A stretch of DNA of 64,000 nt from an uncultured Nitrososphaerales archaeon. Its GTDB lineage: Archaea > Thermoproteota > Nitrososphaeria > Nitrososphaerales > Gagatemarchaeaceae. Below are positions 26,952 to 36,285 of the stretch, piece after piece; the first letter of the stretch is position 1, and each line of letters opens with the position of its first letter. The position numbers and the translations under genes are program-made. Below the pieces are notes generated by a model, which saw only the letters and a program-made list of their open reading frames with translations, ran no database searches and was not told where the DNA came from. The stretch is from NCBI GenBank assembly GCA_963706445.1, contig OY970160.1:1344001-1408000 (forward strand), in the 5' to 3' direction.

Positions 26952-28294
26952 GACCCTCCAGAAGAGTTGTTGGTAATCCTTGTGTTGGCTCTGGCGACTC
27001 GTGTAAGACCACCCGGAAAGACGGTCACCCTATCCTCCCCATCCTGCACCGCGTAGACCCGGAGGTCGATGTATCGCTCTTCAAATCCTCCCGACTCTCT
27101 GTCGAAAACGACGTGCTTCGAGAAATCCAGCGGCTCCTGAGCTATGAACGCGAATGGCTTGTCGATTATCCGCTGCGACATTGACTTGCGATGGCCTTTG
27201 TCTAGATCCTCCATGATGTACACCCCGAGTCCGCCGTATCCCTCTCTGGCCTTGAAGACCAGGTTGCCGATGTTCTGGAGCGCGAACTGCCTGTCCTTGG
27301 GATCCATGAGGTTGTAGGCCTTGGCATTGGGGAGTATCGGCTCCCGGCCGAGGTAGCGTCGTATCATCTCTGGCACCCATAGGTACACCAGCTTGTCGTC
27401 TGCGACCCCTGTGCCCATGGCGTTCACGAGGGTCACCTTGCCTTGGCGGTAGGCCTCAGTGAGTCCAGGAACAAAGAGCTCGAGGTCCTCCACCCTGCGG
27501 TAGATGAGGTCGACCTTGACGTCCCCGTCGATGGTTCGGGCACGGACGGTTCCATCCTCTCCTATGAATAAGTCTGAGCCTTCGACAAGAGGAATCCCGA
27601 GAACGTCGGAGAGGTATCGATGTTCGAAGAACGCCGGGCCGAAGCTGCCATCTGTAAGGATGACGCAGGTGGGCGAGCGGGTGCTGCATAGGGACTTGAA
27701 AAGACGCAGGTATGTGCTGCGTATTTCGTAGTCTCTCACTCTGTATGGTCGCTTCAGCTCGGGGAGGGCTTTCTCAGTTATGTCCCTGCACTTCAGTTGG
27801 TATGATATCCCTGAAGGGATACGTAGGTTGTCTTCTAGGACAACGTAGTTCCTGTTGCCCAGGTTCACAAGGTCGACGCCGTAGATGTGTGCGTAGACAT
27901 CCTTGGCCGGCCTCACCTTTTGGAGGCTGGGGTTGAAGTTGACGGAGGAATACACGACGCTTTTGGGGACAACGTCCTGATTGCCGCAGTAGAGCTCAAG
28001 CAGGAATTTGTTGATCGCCCTCAGGCGCTGTTCGACGCCGGCGGCAATCCGCGACCATTCCTTGGGCCCGATCATCCGAGGAACCCAATCCATTGGGACG
28101 GGCCTCCACCGGTGCGGGTCCATCTGGAAGGTGAACGAGTCCAACTCCACTTGTCGATTCGCTTTTGACCATCTCTTGCCTATTTCCTTCGATCCGAGGC
28201 CCTTGATGGCCTCGATCATTTTTGAATATGGAGACCTGACGCTCTTGTCCGGACCAAAGACTTCGTTGTTGGCTGATGAAACGCGGGTTTGCAG
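26924..28294 (-). CDS. Circularly permuted type 2 ATP-grasp protein
   Basis: DWVPR, VLEDNLRIPSGISY, FEH, LIYRRV, GTGVADDK, GYGG, GGLTRVA, NSSGG.KPTWV. First ATG is at 28219, but family-like sequence (NEVFGPDKSVRSPY) continues upstream in frame to a CTG at 28294. Confidence 0.9.
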   Translation of the reverse strand: MQTRVSSANNEVFGPDKSVRSPYSKMIEAIKGLGSKEIGKRWSKANRQVELDSFTFQMDPHRWRPVPMDWVPRMIGPKEWSRIAAGVEQRLRAINKFLLELYCGNQDVVPKSVVYSSVNFNPSLQKVRPAKDVYAHIYGVDLVNLGNRNYVVLEDNLRIPSGISYQLKCRDITEKALPELKRPYRVRDYEIRSTYLRLFKSLCSTRSPTCVILTDGSFGPAFFEHRYLSDVLGIPLVEGSDLFIGEDGTVRARTIDGDVKVDLIYRRVEDLELFVPGLTEAYRQGKVTLVNAMGTGVADDKLVYLWVPEMIRRYLGREPILPNAKAYNLMDPKDRQFALQNIGNLVFKAREGYGGLGVYIMEDLDKGHRKSMSQRIIDKPFAFIAQEPLDFSKHVVFDRESGGFEERYIDLRVYAVQDGEDRVTVFPGGLTRVARANTRITNNSSGGSCKPTWVLK

Positions 28295-28460
28295 GGATGT
28301 GAAAGCGAAGACGGATGTGAAAAACGTTTAGGCCCGTGAAGAGTAGGTGTCAAAAGCTCGGTGGACCTTTTCGAGTGGATTCGGGCATCCAAATGGATGC
28401 TCTTCGCGTGGGCAATGAGCGTGCCAAAAGTTTGAATCCGACGGAAATCGTCAAATCTAC

Positions 28461-29342
28461 GTGGCAAGACAGAACGTCCGAAATACTGCTCTTGGCGCAG
28501 CAACATGTCGTCTGATCGAGCAGTACCAGCCTGAAGGAACCCGACTTGTAGACGACCCGGTGGTCAAGGACCTGGTGGGAACACTCATCCGGGGGCTGAT
28601 GAAGTTCGCCAGAATGCGCAATTTCACAATAAAACGAACAGATGCAATCATGCCAGGGATCTTCGGCGGCCTGATCTGTCGTGCGCGTTTCATCGACGAT
28701 GTTGTCAAGATGGCCGTATCGCAAGGCGTGGGACAACTGGTGATTTTGGGTGCCGGGTTTGATACACGGCCTTATCGCCTAGCCGGTCTGGAGCGAGTCA
28801 AAGTAGTTGAGGTTGACTTGCCATCAGTGCAGGACGAAAAAAGGAAGAACCTCCAGAAACACTTCGGCCGGTTGTCTGAAAAAGTAACTTTTGTCCCCAT
28901 CGACTTTGATACACAGAGCCTTGAAGGCGTCTTAACAGATACAGCCTTCGATCCTTCCAAACCTGTGGTCTTTGTCTGGGAAGGTGTTACCCAGTATATC
29001 CCGGAGGTGGCCGTCCGCCGGACATTAGCCTTTGTAGGTAATTCTGCTCCTGAAAGCACCCTCTTGTTCACATACGTCCTAAAGAGCGTTGTGGAGCGGA
29101 GTTCAGGCATTCCAGGGGCGGATAGACTGATGGATGTTGTGGCGAAGAATAATGCCCCTTGGGTCTTCGGCCTAGAGTCCTCCGATGTTCTAACTTTCCT
29201 GAAGCCATTTCATCTTAGCTTGACAGCAGACGTTGGGAATGCAAATTATCAAGCGAGTTATCTCGAACCTCTGTGAAGAAATCTAGTCGCGTCTGAATGC
29301 GAGCGGGTCGTTCAAGCGACCATATTCGTGCATGATACATAA
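28461..29342 (+). pseudogene. Class I SAM-dependent methyltransferase (LCM/TIGR00027-like) with an in-frame TGA near the C-terminus
   Basis: QLVILGAGFDTR, EVDLP, WEGVTQY. TGA at 29274-29276 is followed by in-frame RNLVASECERVVQAT...TAA at 29342. The 271-aa product may still be functional. Confidence 0.65.
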
Positions 29343-29384
29343 TTCAAACGGCGGATAGTCGCAACACCCTGAGCTTGGATTCTT

Positions 29385-29494
29385 TGCCCCGGCCGGGATT
29401 CGAACCCGGGTCGCCGACTCGAAAGGCCAGCATACTCTCGGCGCCGAATGCTTGACCGGGCTGTACGTCCGAGCGGACCCTATACTACCGGGGC
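29385..29494 (-). tRNA. tRNA-Glu(TTC) with two D-arm introns
   Basis: Reverse complement reads GCCCCGGTAGTATAG[19 nt]CCCGGTCAAG[16 nt]TATGCTGGCCTTTCGAGTCGGCGACCCGGGTTCGAATCCCGGCCGGGGCA, a 75-nt mature cloverleaf. Confidence 0.87.
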
Positions 29495-29520
29495 TGAAAT
29501 GCCCCAAATGTAGTCGTCAA

Positions 29521-30255
29521 TTAGAGCTTTCGTGCGGCCTTGATTGTAAAGGAGCACCATTCACCCAAGCGGTCGAACAGGTCGACGAGGTCCTGCCTAT
29601 TGACTTCGACACCACTCACGAAGTGGAGGACACCGTCCCGAGGTAGGTAAGAGTTCCTTGGGTTTCGTTTCCCAGCGACCCTTAGGGTCGTGGAGACTGT
29701 CGGACCGTCGATCGTCGAGACGAAAAAGCGCCTCCTTCCACAGATTTTCGGCGTGGACCCGTCTTCCGGGAAATCAGTGAGCAATTCATAGCGTCCTCCA
29801 GCCTGACCTAGGAGGAATGTGCAAGCTGTACGTTCGTCGGGGGAGAGGGCGCAATCCCCGGCCGACAGCAGGGCGTCCCAATTCGAGGAAGATTCGAGTC
29901 TTTTCATGAACCGGACCTCCGTCGCCCCCGTGGAGCGTCTGAAGTAAAGAGACTCCATCGTCCGAAGCGTGGCCGCCTCTTTCTCGCAATCAAGGATTCC
30001 AGGAATCGTCGGCAGTATCTCATCTGACGGGTCGAAGGCTGACCAGCAGAGCCCGGCCGAATCTATGTTGAGCTTCCCTTCCTTCGTTCTGACGACTACA
30101 CTATTCGGGGATGCTGTCAGGATTCTGTCTCCCTTGAAGCGCTCGGACAAGAGTCCCATCTGCTTCGAATTCAGCTTCGGAAGAAGCAGGTAGTGTGTAC
30201 CCCGCAGCTTGAACTGGTGGACCTTGTAGCGGAGCATGCCCGACCGATTAGGCAT
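29521..30255 (-). CDS. Hypothetical protein
   Basis: 244-aa ORF divergent from the prenyl synthase across a TATATA element; no family recognised. Confidence 0.6.
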   Translation of the reverse strand: MPNRSGMLRYKVHQFKLRGTHYLLLPKLNSKQMGLLSERFKGDRILTASPNSVVVRTKEGKLNIDSAGLCWSAFDPSDEILPTIPGILDCEKEAATLRTMESLYFRRSTGATEVRFMKRLESSSNWDALLSAGDCALSPDERTACTFLLGQAGGRYELLTDFPEDGSTPKICGRRRFFVSTIDGPTVSTTLRVAGKRNPRNSYLPRDGVLHFVSGVEVNRQDLVDLFDRLGEWCSFTIKAARKL

Positions 30256-30297
30256 ACAAAATATATAGAAACCTAATCCACGAAAGACTGACCTAGC

Positions 30298-31155
30298 ATG
30301 GGAGAGGACAGGGCCGTTTCAATCGAATCCCTGGAGGCGCGCATGAAGTCATACGCTACCCGGGTGAACTCGGCCCTTGCTCGCGAGCTGAAGCTCTACA
30401 CCCATTCAAGGTTCCACGACCCCCTGGTCTACGTCATCGAAGGTGGGAAGCGGGTGAGACCGGTCATGCTCATGGCCTCGGCAGAGGCACTGGGGTGCAA
30501 GGACGACTCGGTCCTCGGAGCCGCCGTCGCCGTAGAGCTGCTTCACACCGAATCGATCATACACGACGACGTGATAGACGAGGAGAAGATCAGACGGGCC
30601 AAGATGCCGTTCCACCTGAAGTATGGCTACAGCGCGTCCCTGCTCAGCGCGGATTTCGTCTTCGCCATGATTCTGGCCATAGCCGCCAGGTACGACGACA
30701 GAAGGGTCGCCGAAGAGGTTAGCAACGCCGCGCTGCAGATGGCGGAGGGTGAGTACTCGGAACTCACCATCGACCCGCAGATCTACAAGCTCACCTGGGA
30801 CGAGTATATCAGGATCGTCACTGAGAAGACAGCGTCACTCTTTGAGACATCGGCCAAGCTAGGTGCAATCATCGCCGGGGGTGATGAGAAGGAGGTCGAG
30901 GCCCTCGCAGATTACGGGAGGTGCATAGGGATCGCCTACCAGCTGAAGGACGACCTGCTGGACTGGAGGTCTCAGGACAAGGTGTCGGTCGGCCTTCTGA
31001 AAACCCACAGCGAGAGCGAAGTGGTGGGGAAGATGACAGCCCAGGCAGAATCCTACGCGGAAGAGGCGAAGATGCGCCTGATGCATCTCCCTAGGAATGA
31101 AGCGACCGCCTTATTGGAAGACCTTTCGGACTTTTCGATACTCAGAGAATACTGA
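30298..31155 (+). CDS. Polyprenyl diphosphate synthase
   Basis: GGKRVRP, first Asp-rich motif IHDDVID, KTASLF, YQLKDDLLD. Confidence 0.93.
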   Translation: MGEDRAVSIESLEARMKSYATRVNSALARELKLYTHSRFHDPLVYVIEGGKRVRPVMLMASAEALGCKDDSVLGAAVAVELLHTESIIHDDVIDEEKIRRAKMPFHLKYGYSASLLSADFVFAMILAIAARYDDRRVAEEVSNAALQMAEGEYSELTIDPQIYKLTWDEYIRIVTEKTASLFETSAKLGAIIAGGDEKEVEALADYGRCIGIAYQLKDDLLDWRSQDKVSVGLLKTHSESEVVGKMTAQAESYAEEAKMRLMHLPRNEATALLEDLSDFSILREY

Positions 31156-31181
31156 GAAGCTCGGATGGATTGGGTTCGTTT

Positions 31182-31496
31182 CTAACCTGACTGCCCGAGG
31201 ATGATGAAGGCTATCGCGAACCCGTAGATGGCGATTGCTTCTGCCAGCACCACAAAAATCAGTGCGGTGGTCCTTACTTCTGCCTTCTCAGTGACAGCCG
31301 CTATGGCCGCAGAACCTGACGTACCGACGCCCACTCCTGCGCCGAGCGCTGCCAGTCCGAATGCCAGTCCAGCTGCGAGGAACTGTTGACCGTTGGCGGC
31401 GGCGCCGGGGGTTATTGCGAAGACCGGAGTCGAAATCGCAGAGACAAGCGTTAGGAGAAACGCGCCGACGAGGGTCGCCCGGAAAATCCTTCGCAT
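31182..31496 (-). CDS. atpK: A/V-type ATP synthase subunit K (c)
   Basis: Single helical hairpin with the conserved Glu in LAEAIAIYG, preceded by an N-terminal signal-like segment. Confidence 0.92.
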   Translation of the reverse strand: MRRIFRATLVGAFLLTLVSAISTPVFAITPGAAANGQQFLAAGLAFGLAALGAGVGVGTSGSAAIAAVTEKAEVRTTALIFVVLAEAIAIYGFAIAFIILGQSG

Positions 31497-31563
31497 TGTT
31501 CGACGAAAAAGCGGCTCGAAATACCGCTTATAAATGTTGGGAGATTCTGAGATTTTCGCGGCG

Positions 31564-32616
31564 CTAAATTCGAAGTTTGGAGATTATTTTCTTCGGATCT
31601 ATCCCCGCTTCCACTCCGATGGCGATGGCCGCAAGGTTGCTGACCTCGAACTCGAGGAGCTTAATCAGTCCGAGGATCGTCCCCGGGCTCAGGCCCTGCC
31701 AGACGAACGCGAGTGTCGCGGTCTCTTTCGATAGGTTGGCGAATCCATCCTCGACCATGTCGATGAGTTCCTCGTCATACTGTGCCCCCTGGAGCTGGAA
31801 GCGATAGGAGGACTCAATCAGCTTCACGGCCTCTGTAACGGAATCCGCTGCTGCCATGCTGTAGAGAATGGGAATCTGGACCCTGCGGGCCGGGATGATG
31901 ATGAGTTCCTGGATTTCAGCCTCCGAAAGGCCCCAGAGCTTTGCCCTGAGCACGGCGAGCACATTGTAGGCGTCAACATCGATTGCCACCAATTCCCGGA
32001 CGCCGTTGACGTCGGCCGACTTTCCCGCGTACAGCCTCGGGTTCAACGAGTACTCCTTCGAAATGGCCGAAAGGACCGCGTGATCTATGAAGACGTCGAA
32101 GAACCTGATCTCCCCCTTCGAGTTGTATGCCGCGGCTGCCTTCTCGACGTCTGCGAAGAACTCTGACCCAGACAGCATGGTCACCGCCTCGTTGACGTCC
32201 TTGGCAGAGAGGACCTTGACCAGCAAGTCCCTCCGACCGACAAGTTCCTCCGCTTTCATGTCGATGTACTCGACGGTCTCCTCGTATGATCGGTTGAGAG
32301 CCCTCGCCTTGAGGGCCAACTTCAGGTCCCACGCGATGTTCTTCAGGTAATAGAGTTCGAGGATGCCGTATCTCCCTGCACCCTGGGTGATGGAATGGTG
32401 GACGACAGCGAGCCTCTCTCGCAGCGCGAGCTCGATCCTTCGGGCGTTGTATGGCGGCGACACGCTCGCTAGAGAATCCACGTATGGGGTGCCCTTGAGC
32501 CTGTTGACGAGCTCATCGAGGGAAGTCGACTCTGCGAGCTTCTGGATGTTGGGGCCGTCCAGGAGTGACCCCCGGAGCGCAAAAGCCTTCGTTCCCACGT
32601 AAGTCCTGCTCGACAA
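31564..32616 (-). CDS. atpC: A/V-type ATP synthase subunit C
   Basis: Helical ~350-aa protein with YVGTKAFALRGSLL at the N-terminus and EFEVSNLAAIAIG at the C-terminus; between atpK and atpI. Start placed at TTG 32616. Confidence 0.88.
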   Translation of the reverse strand: MSSRTYVGTKAFALRGSLLDGPNIQKLAESTSLDELVNRLKGTPYVDSLASVSPPYNARRIELALRERLAVVHHSITQGAGRYGILELYYLKNIAWDLKLALKARALNRSYEETVEYIDMKAEELVGRRDLLVKVLSAKDVNEAVTMLSGSEFFADVEKAAAAYNSKGEIRFFDVFIDHAVLSAISKEYSLNPRLYAGKSADVNGVRELVAIDVDAYNVLAVLRAKLWGLSEAEIQELIIIPARRVQIPILYSMAAADSVTEAVKLIESSYRFQLQGAQYDEELIDMVEDGFANLSKETATLAFVWQGLSPGTILGLIKLLEFEVSNLAAIAIGVEAGIDPKKIISKLRI

Positions 32617-32778
32617 TCGAAAAACCTGAATCCGTCGAAGCCGACCAAAGTTCGGCTTATAATTACTGCGCCGAGGAACGCGAGCCTTCGAAACCGAAAA
32701 GACAGAAACTCCTGCCCGCAACCCCAGCACCCTTAATAACGGAACTAGGGCGCGGCAGAAATTGAAAGAGTGTAGCGC

Positions 32779-34830
32779 TTGGGCGTCGCCCGTCTCACCA
32801 AAGTCACGATCATCTCCCCTCGCAGCGAATATGAGGAAGTAGCCAAGAGTCTAGCCAAGTTCGAGTATTTCCACCCGGTGGAGGGAGCCCAGCAGAACTT
32901 CGATCCCGGGGTCCAAGAACTCACAGTGAAGTCGGTCAGGCTCTTCGCGCAGGCGGACCAGGCTGTGAAGGATCTAGGCCTAAAGCTGATGCCGGGGCAG
33001 ATGGACATCGTCTTCGGAGGGGCCAAGGTCCCACGGAGCACCTTCGAGGCCTCCGACTGGGAGGACCTGCTCAACAAGGCGGACGTTCAACTTGAGCCCA
33101 TAGCGGAGGAGGTCAGATCCGAGAAGATCGTGCTACAGAAGGCCCAGAAGGACGAGTCGGACTCGGAAGCTTTGATGGGAGCACTCCAGGTAGTCTCAAA
33201 GTTCTCGTCAGACCTGACTGGACTTGTTGGGTTGGGGTACTTCAAGGCGGTCGCGTCGATTGTGGGGAATGAGAAGGTGGACGAGTTCAGGAAGTCGCTC
33301 CCAGACGCCATCTTCCATTCTAACCTCGTCTCCAAGGAGCAGACCCTAGTCCTAGTGGCTGTCCCGAAGTCGGAGGAAGCCAGGCTCGACAAGATGATGA
33401 AGCTCCTCGAGCTCAAACCGTTGACGATTCCACCCGACTTTCCTCAGAACCCGGCCGAGGCCTACAAGAAAGCGGAGAGCGACCATGAGGCGGCTTCGGC
33501 GGAGAGGAAGAAGGCCGAGGCTCAGATGGTGGAAGGCAAGACCAAGCACGGCACGACCCTGCTGGCGCTGAGAGAGCTTTCGGAAGTGGCTCGCAAGACC
33601 CTGGACGAAGCCAGGGTTTCAGGCGGGATGCAAAGGATGGCCATGATTTCCGGATACATCCCCGCAAAGAGAGAGCAGGAGATGAAGAGCGTCTTCGGGC
33701 GCTGGATTGTGAACACGGAAGAGGTGAATCGGGAATCAGAGGAAGACCATGTGCCGACGCTTATGGAGAACAGGAAGGGACTGGGACTTTATCAGCCTGT
33801 GACCCTGGAGCAGGGAATCCCAGCTGCCCACGAGGTCGACCCGACCCCGCTGGTCTCGTTTGTCTTCCCAGTCTTCTTCGGGATGATGTTCGGGGATGTG
33901 GGGCACGGGCTCATCCTGACGGCGTTCATGCTGTTTGTCAGACAGAGGTCGACGGGGAGCATGAGGCAATGGGCGAACATGTTCGTCGTCGCAGGGATCT
34001 CGGCGATAATCTTCGGAATAATATTCGGTGAGTTCTTCGAGCTGTCGTTTTCGAATTTCGTCCCCATACCTGCGGCAATAGAAATCATACACAGGGCCGC
34101 GGGCGCAGTGGACACGTTCAACTTCCTTCCCACCCCGTGGGCAGGCGTCAACCTGATTCTGATCGTGAGCTTCCTCATCGGAATCGCCCACCTGACCACG
34201 GCGCTCGGGCTCGACATCTACCAGACCTACAAAGAGCACAACAGAATCGAGCTCTGGCTCGAGAAGGTCCCGCTGTTCCTGATGTACGTTTCAGGAGTGG
34301 GCTATGGGCTCGCGTTCGTGGGAGTGGGTTTCAGCTTCAACGTGTTCTCGAGTTCTTCTCCCAACCCGCTCCTTGGAATTCCGAACAACCTACTGGGGGC
34401 GGCTTCGCTCGTGGTGCTGGTGCCCTCCATGGTCGTGCTGCTGGCTGGTAAGAGCGTAGCCATAGCCATGGGGAAGCTGAAGGAGGGTTCCGTGCTGGGC
34501 GCCCTTTCCAACGGAGGGCTCGAAGTCTTCGAAAGGATCTCTCAGTTCATGTCCAACACGATAAGCTACGTTAGGCTCGCGGTCATGCTGCTAGTGCACG
34601 CGGCGCTGCTTCTTATCATCAATCTCATGCAGCCGTGGGGGAACCCGGTGTACATCGCCCCCTGGATAGTGTTGAACCTCCTCATACTCGCCTTCGAGGC
34701 GTTCATTGTATACGTGCAAGACCTGAGGCTACACCTCTACGAGTTCTTCACGAAATTCTATACAGGCGAAGGCAAGCCCTTCAGGAAGATATTCCCTGAC
34801 AGGGCCAGGTTCAAAATCAACTGGCTCTAG
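32779..34830 (+). CDS. atpI: A/V-type ATP synthase subunit I (a)
   Basis: EVDPTP, FFGMMFGDVGHG, SNTISYVRL (essential Arg), LRLHLYEFFTKFY. Confidence 0.95.
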   Translation: MGVARLTKVTIISPRSEYEEVAKSLAKFEYFHPVEGAQQNFDPGVQELTVKSVRLFAQADQAVKDLGLKLMPGQMDIVFGGAKVPRSTFEASDWEDLLNKADVQLEPIAEEVRSEKIVLQKAQKDESDSEALMGALQVVSKFSSDLTGLVGLGYFKAVASIVGNEKVDEFRKSLPDAIFHSNLVSKEQTLVLVAVPKSEEARLDKMMKLLELKPLTIPPDFPQNPAEAYKKAESDHEAASAERKKAEAQMVEGKTKHGTTLLALRELSEVARKTLDEARVSGGMQRMAMISGYIPAKREQEMKSVFGRWIVNTEEVNRESEEDHVPTLMENRKGLGLYQPVTLEQGIPAAHEVDPTPLVSFVFPVFFGMMFGDVGHGLILTAFMLFVRQRSTGSMRQWANMFVVAGISAIIFGIIFGEFFELSFSNFVPIPAAIEIIHRAAGAVDTFNFLPTPWAGVNLILIVSFLIGIAHLTTALGLDIYQTYKEHNRIELWLEKVPLFLMYVSGVGYGLAFVGVGFSFNVFSSSSPNPLLGIPNNLLGAASLVVLVPSMVVLLAGKSVAIAMGKLKEGSVLGALSNGGLEVFERISQFMSNTISYVRLAVMLLVHAALLLIINLMQPWGNPVYIAPWIVLNLLILAFEAFIVYVQDLRLHLYEFFTKFYTGEGKPFRKIFPDRARFKINWL

Positions 34831-36284
34831 CCGACGAAGGTGCTCGCGGCGCTGGAGGCGAAGTTGATCACCGCCTGCGGGAACAGGCCTATCCCGATTA
34901 TCAGCCCGACCAGGACTGCGAAGACGACCACGAACCAGAAGGGCTCCTTGACCTTCTCCGTACTCTCCGGCTCGTCGATGTACATTCGTTTGATGAGCCA
35001 CGCGTAGTAGCCGAGGCTGAAGGCTGAATTCAGGATGGCCGCCAGCGCCAGCCATGCGTAGGGGCCGTTGGCCACTGACAGGACCAGCAGGAGCTTGCTC
35101 CAGAAGCCGGACAGCGGCGGGACCCCGGCCAGGCCGAGGAATGCCACAGTCAGGGTGAAAGCAGTGATTGGCATACGCTTCCCTAGGCCGTCGTAGGCGC
35201 GGAGGTCTGCCCTCTTGAGCACCAGCAGAACTGCGGCGGCGGCGAGGAATGCGGCCCCCTTCATGACCGCGTGGTTGATCACATGGAAGATTGACCCCGT
35301 GAGGCCGAGGGTCGCGGCCGCGGACCCCGGGGCGTTGGAATAAGCCACGAATCCGATCAGGATGTAACCTGCCTGGGCGATGCTGGAGTAGGCCAGAAGC
35401 CTCGTCATGCTCTTTTGGGTCAGGGCTGACACGTTGCCGACGGTCATCGTGATGACGGCCAGCACGGCGAACACGTTGGCCATGGAGAACACCGGGCTGC
35501 GGGTGACTGCGTACACGGTAGTGATGGCCAGGAGGACTCTGATGGCGGCGATGAAGCCAGCCTTCTTGGTGGCCGCGGCCAGCAGGGTGCTGATGGTGGT
35601 GGGAGCCCCCTCGTAGGCGTCAGGGATCCACATGTGGAACGGAACGATGGACATCTTGAAGCCGAACCCGGCCACGAAGAGGAGGGTCGCGACCCCGGCA
35701 AGGGCGGACGGGTGCGAGGTGAAGCCGGAAACCACGGCGGCGATGGAGGTGCTGCCGGTCAGGCCATAGGCCAGGCTGATCGCATAGAGGATGACGGCCG
35801 ATGACATGGCCCCGATTATCGCGTACTTCACCGACGCTTCGTTCGACCTGAGCTTCTTGTCGAAGCCGGCCAGGACGTAGGTGGGGAGACTCATCAGCTC
35901 CCAGGATACAAACAGCATCAGCAGGTCCTGCGAATAGGCGAGGAGGACCATGCCGAGGGCGGTGAAGCCGAGGAGGCTGTAGTAGACCGGGTTGCTCGTG
36001 CTCTTTTCGAAGTCGAATGACGCCACAGTTACAGCAAGGGTGATGCCGACGGTGACCAGGGCGAAGATCCCGCCGAGCTGGTCGGGGATAAGCAGGGATG
36101 CAGCCCACGGCACAGACGTCGGGTTGAGGGTGAAGAGACCGATGAAAAGCAGCGCCGCTGCGAGGACCAGGGCGAGGATGTACCCGGCGAGGTTGGGGTT
36201 CCTTCCCTTCGTCAGCTGCAGGAGAGGAAGGAGTAACGCGGTCCCCGCGAGTAGGACTACGGTCGTCGTTAGATAGTCAATCAT
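34827..36284 (-). CDS. nuoN: NADH-quinone oxidoreductase subunit N
   Basis: SNEASVKY, FKMSIVPFHMWIPDAYEGAP, RLLAYSSIAQAGY. Confidence 0.95.
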   Translation of the reverse strand: MIDYLTTTVVLLAGTALLLPLLQLTKGRNPNLAGYILALVLAAALLFIGLFTLNPTSVPWAASLLIPDQLGGIFALVTVGITLAVTVASFDFEKSTSNPVYYSLLGFTALGMVLLAYSQDLLMLFVSWELMSLPTYVLAGFDKKLRSNEASVKYAIIGAMSSAVILYAISLAYGLTGSTSIAAVVSGFTSHPSALAGVATLLFVAGFGFKMSIVPFHMWIPDAYEGAPTTISTLLAAATKKAGFIAAIRVLLAITTVYAVTRSPVFSMANVFAVLAVITMTVGNVSALTQKSMTRLLAYSSIAQAGYILIGFVAYSNAPGSAAATLGLTGSIFHVINHAVMKGAAFLAAAAVLLVLKRADLRAYDGLGKRMPITAFTLTVAFLGLAGVPPLSGFWSKLLLVLSVANGPYAWLALAAILNSAFSLGYYAWLIKRMYIDEPESTEKVKEPFWFVVVFAVLVGLIIGIGLFPQAVINFASSAASTFVG

Positions 36285-36285
36285 C

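Larger units (their letters stand above)
25470..29406. mobile_element. tRNA-Glu-anchored genomic islet (about 3.9 kb, no integrase) carrying ATP-grasp, transglutaminase, alpha-E and SAM methyltransferase genes
   Basis: Bounded by the tRNA 3' end and its direct-repeat copy; the cargo is bacterial-type and visibly more AT-rich in parts. Confidence 0.65.

Noticed and set aside
29274-29276. Selenocysteine recoding of the methyltransferase TGA
   Set aside because: Not a plausible catalytic Cys position, and I saw no SECIS-like element or Sec machinery in the window.
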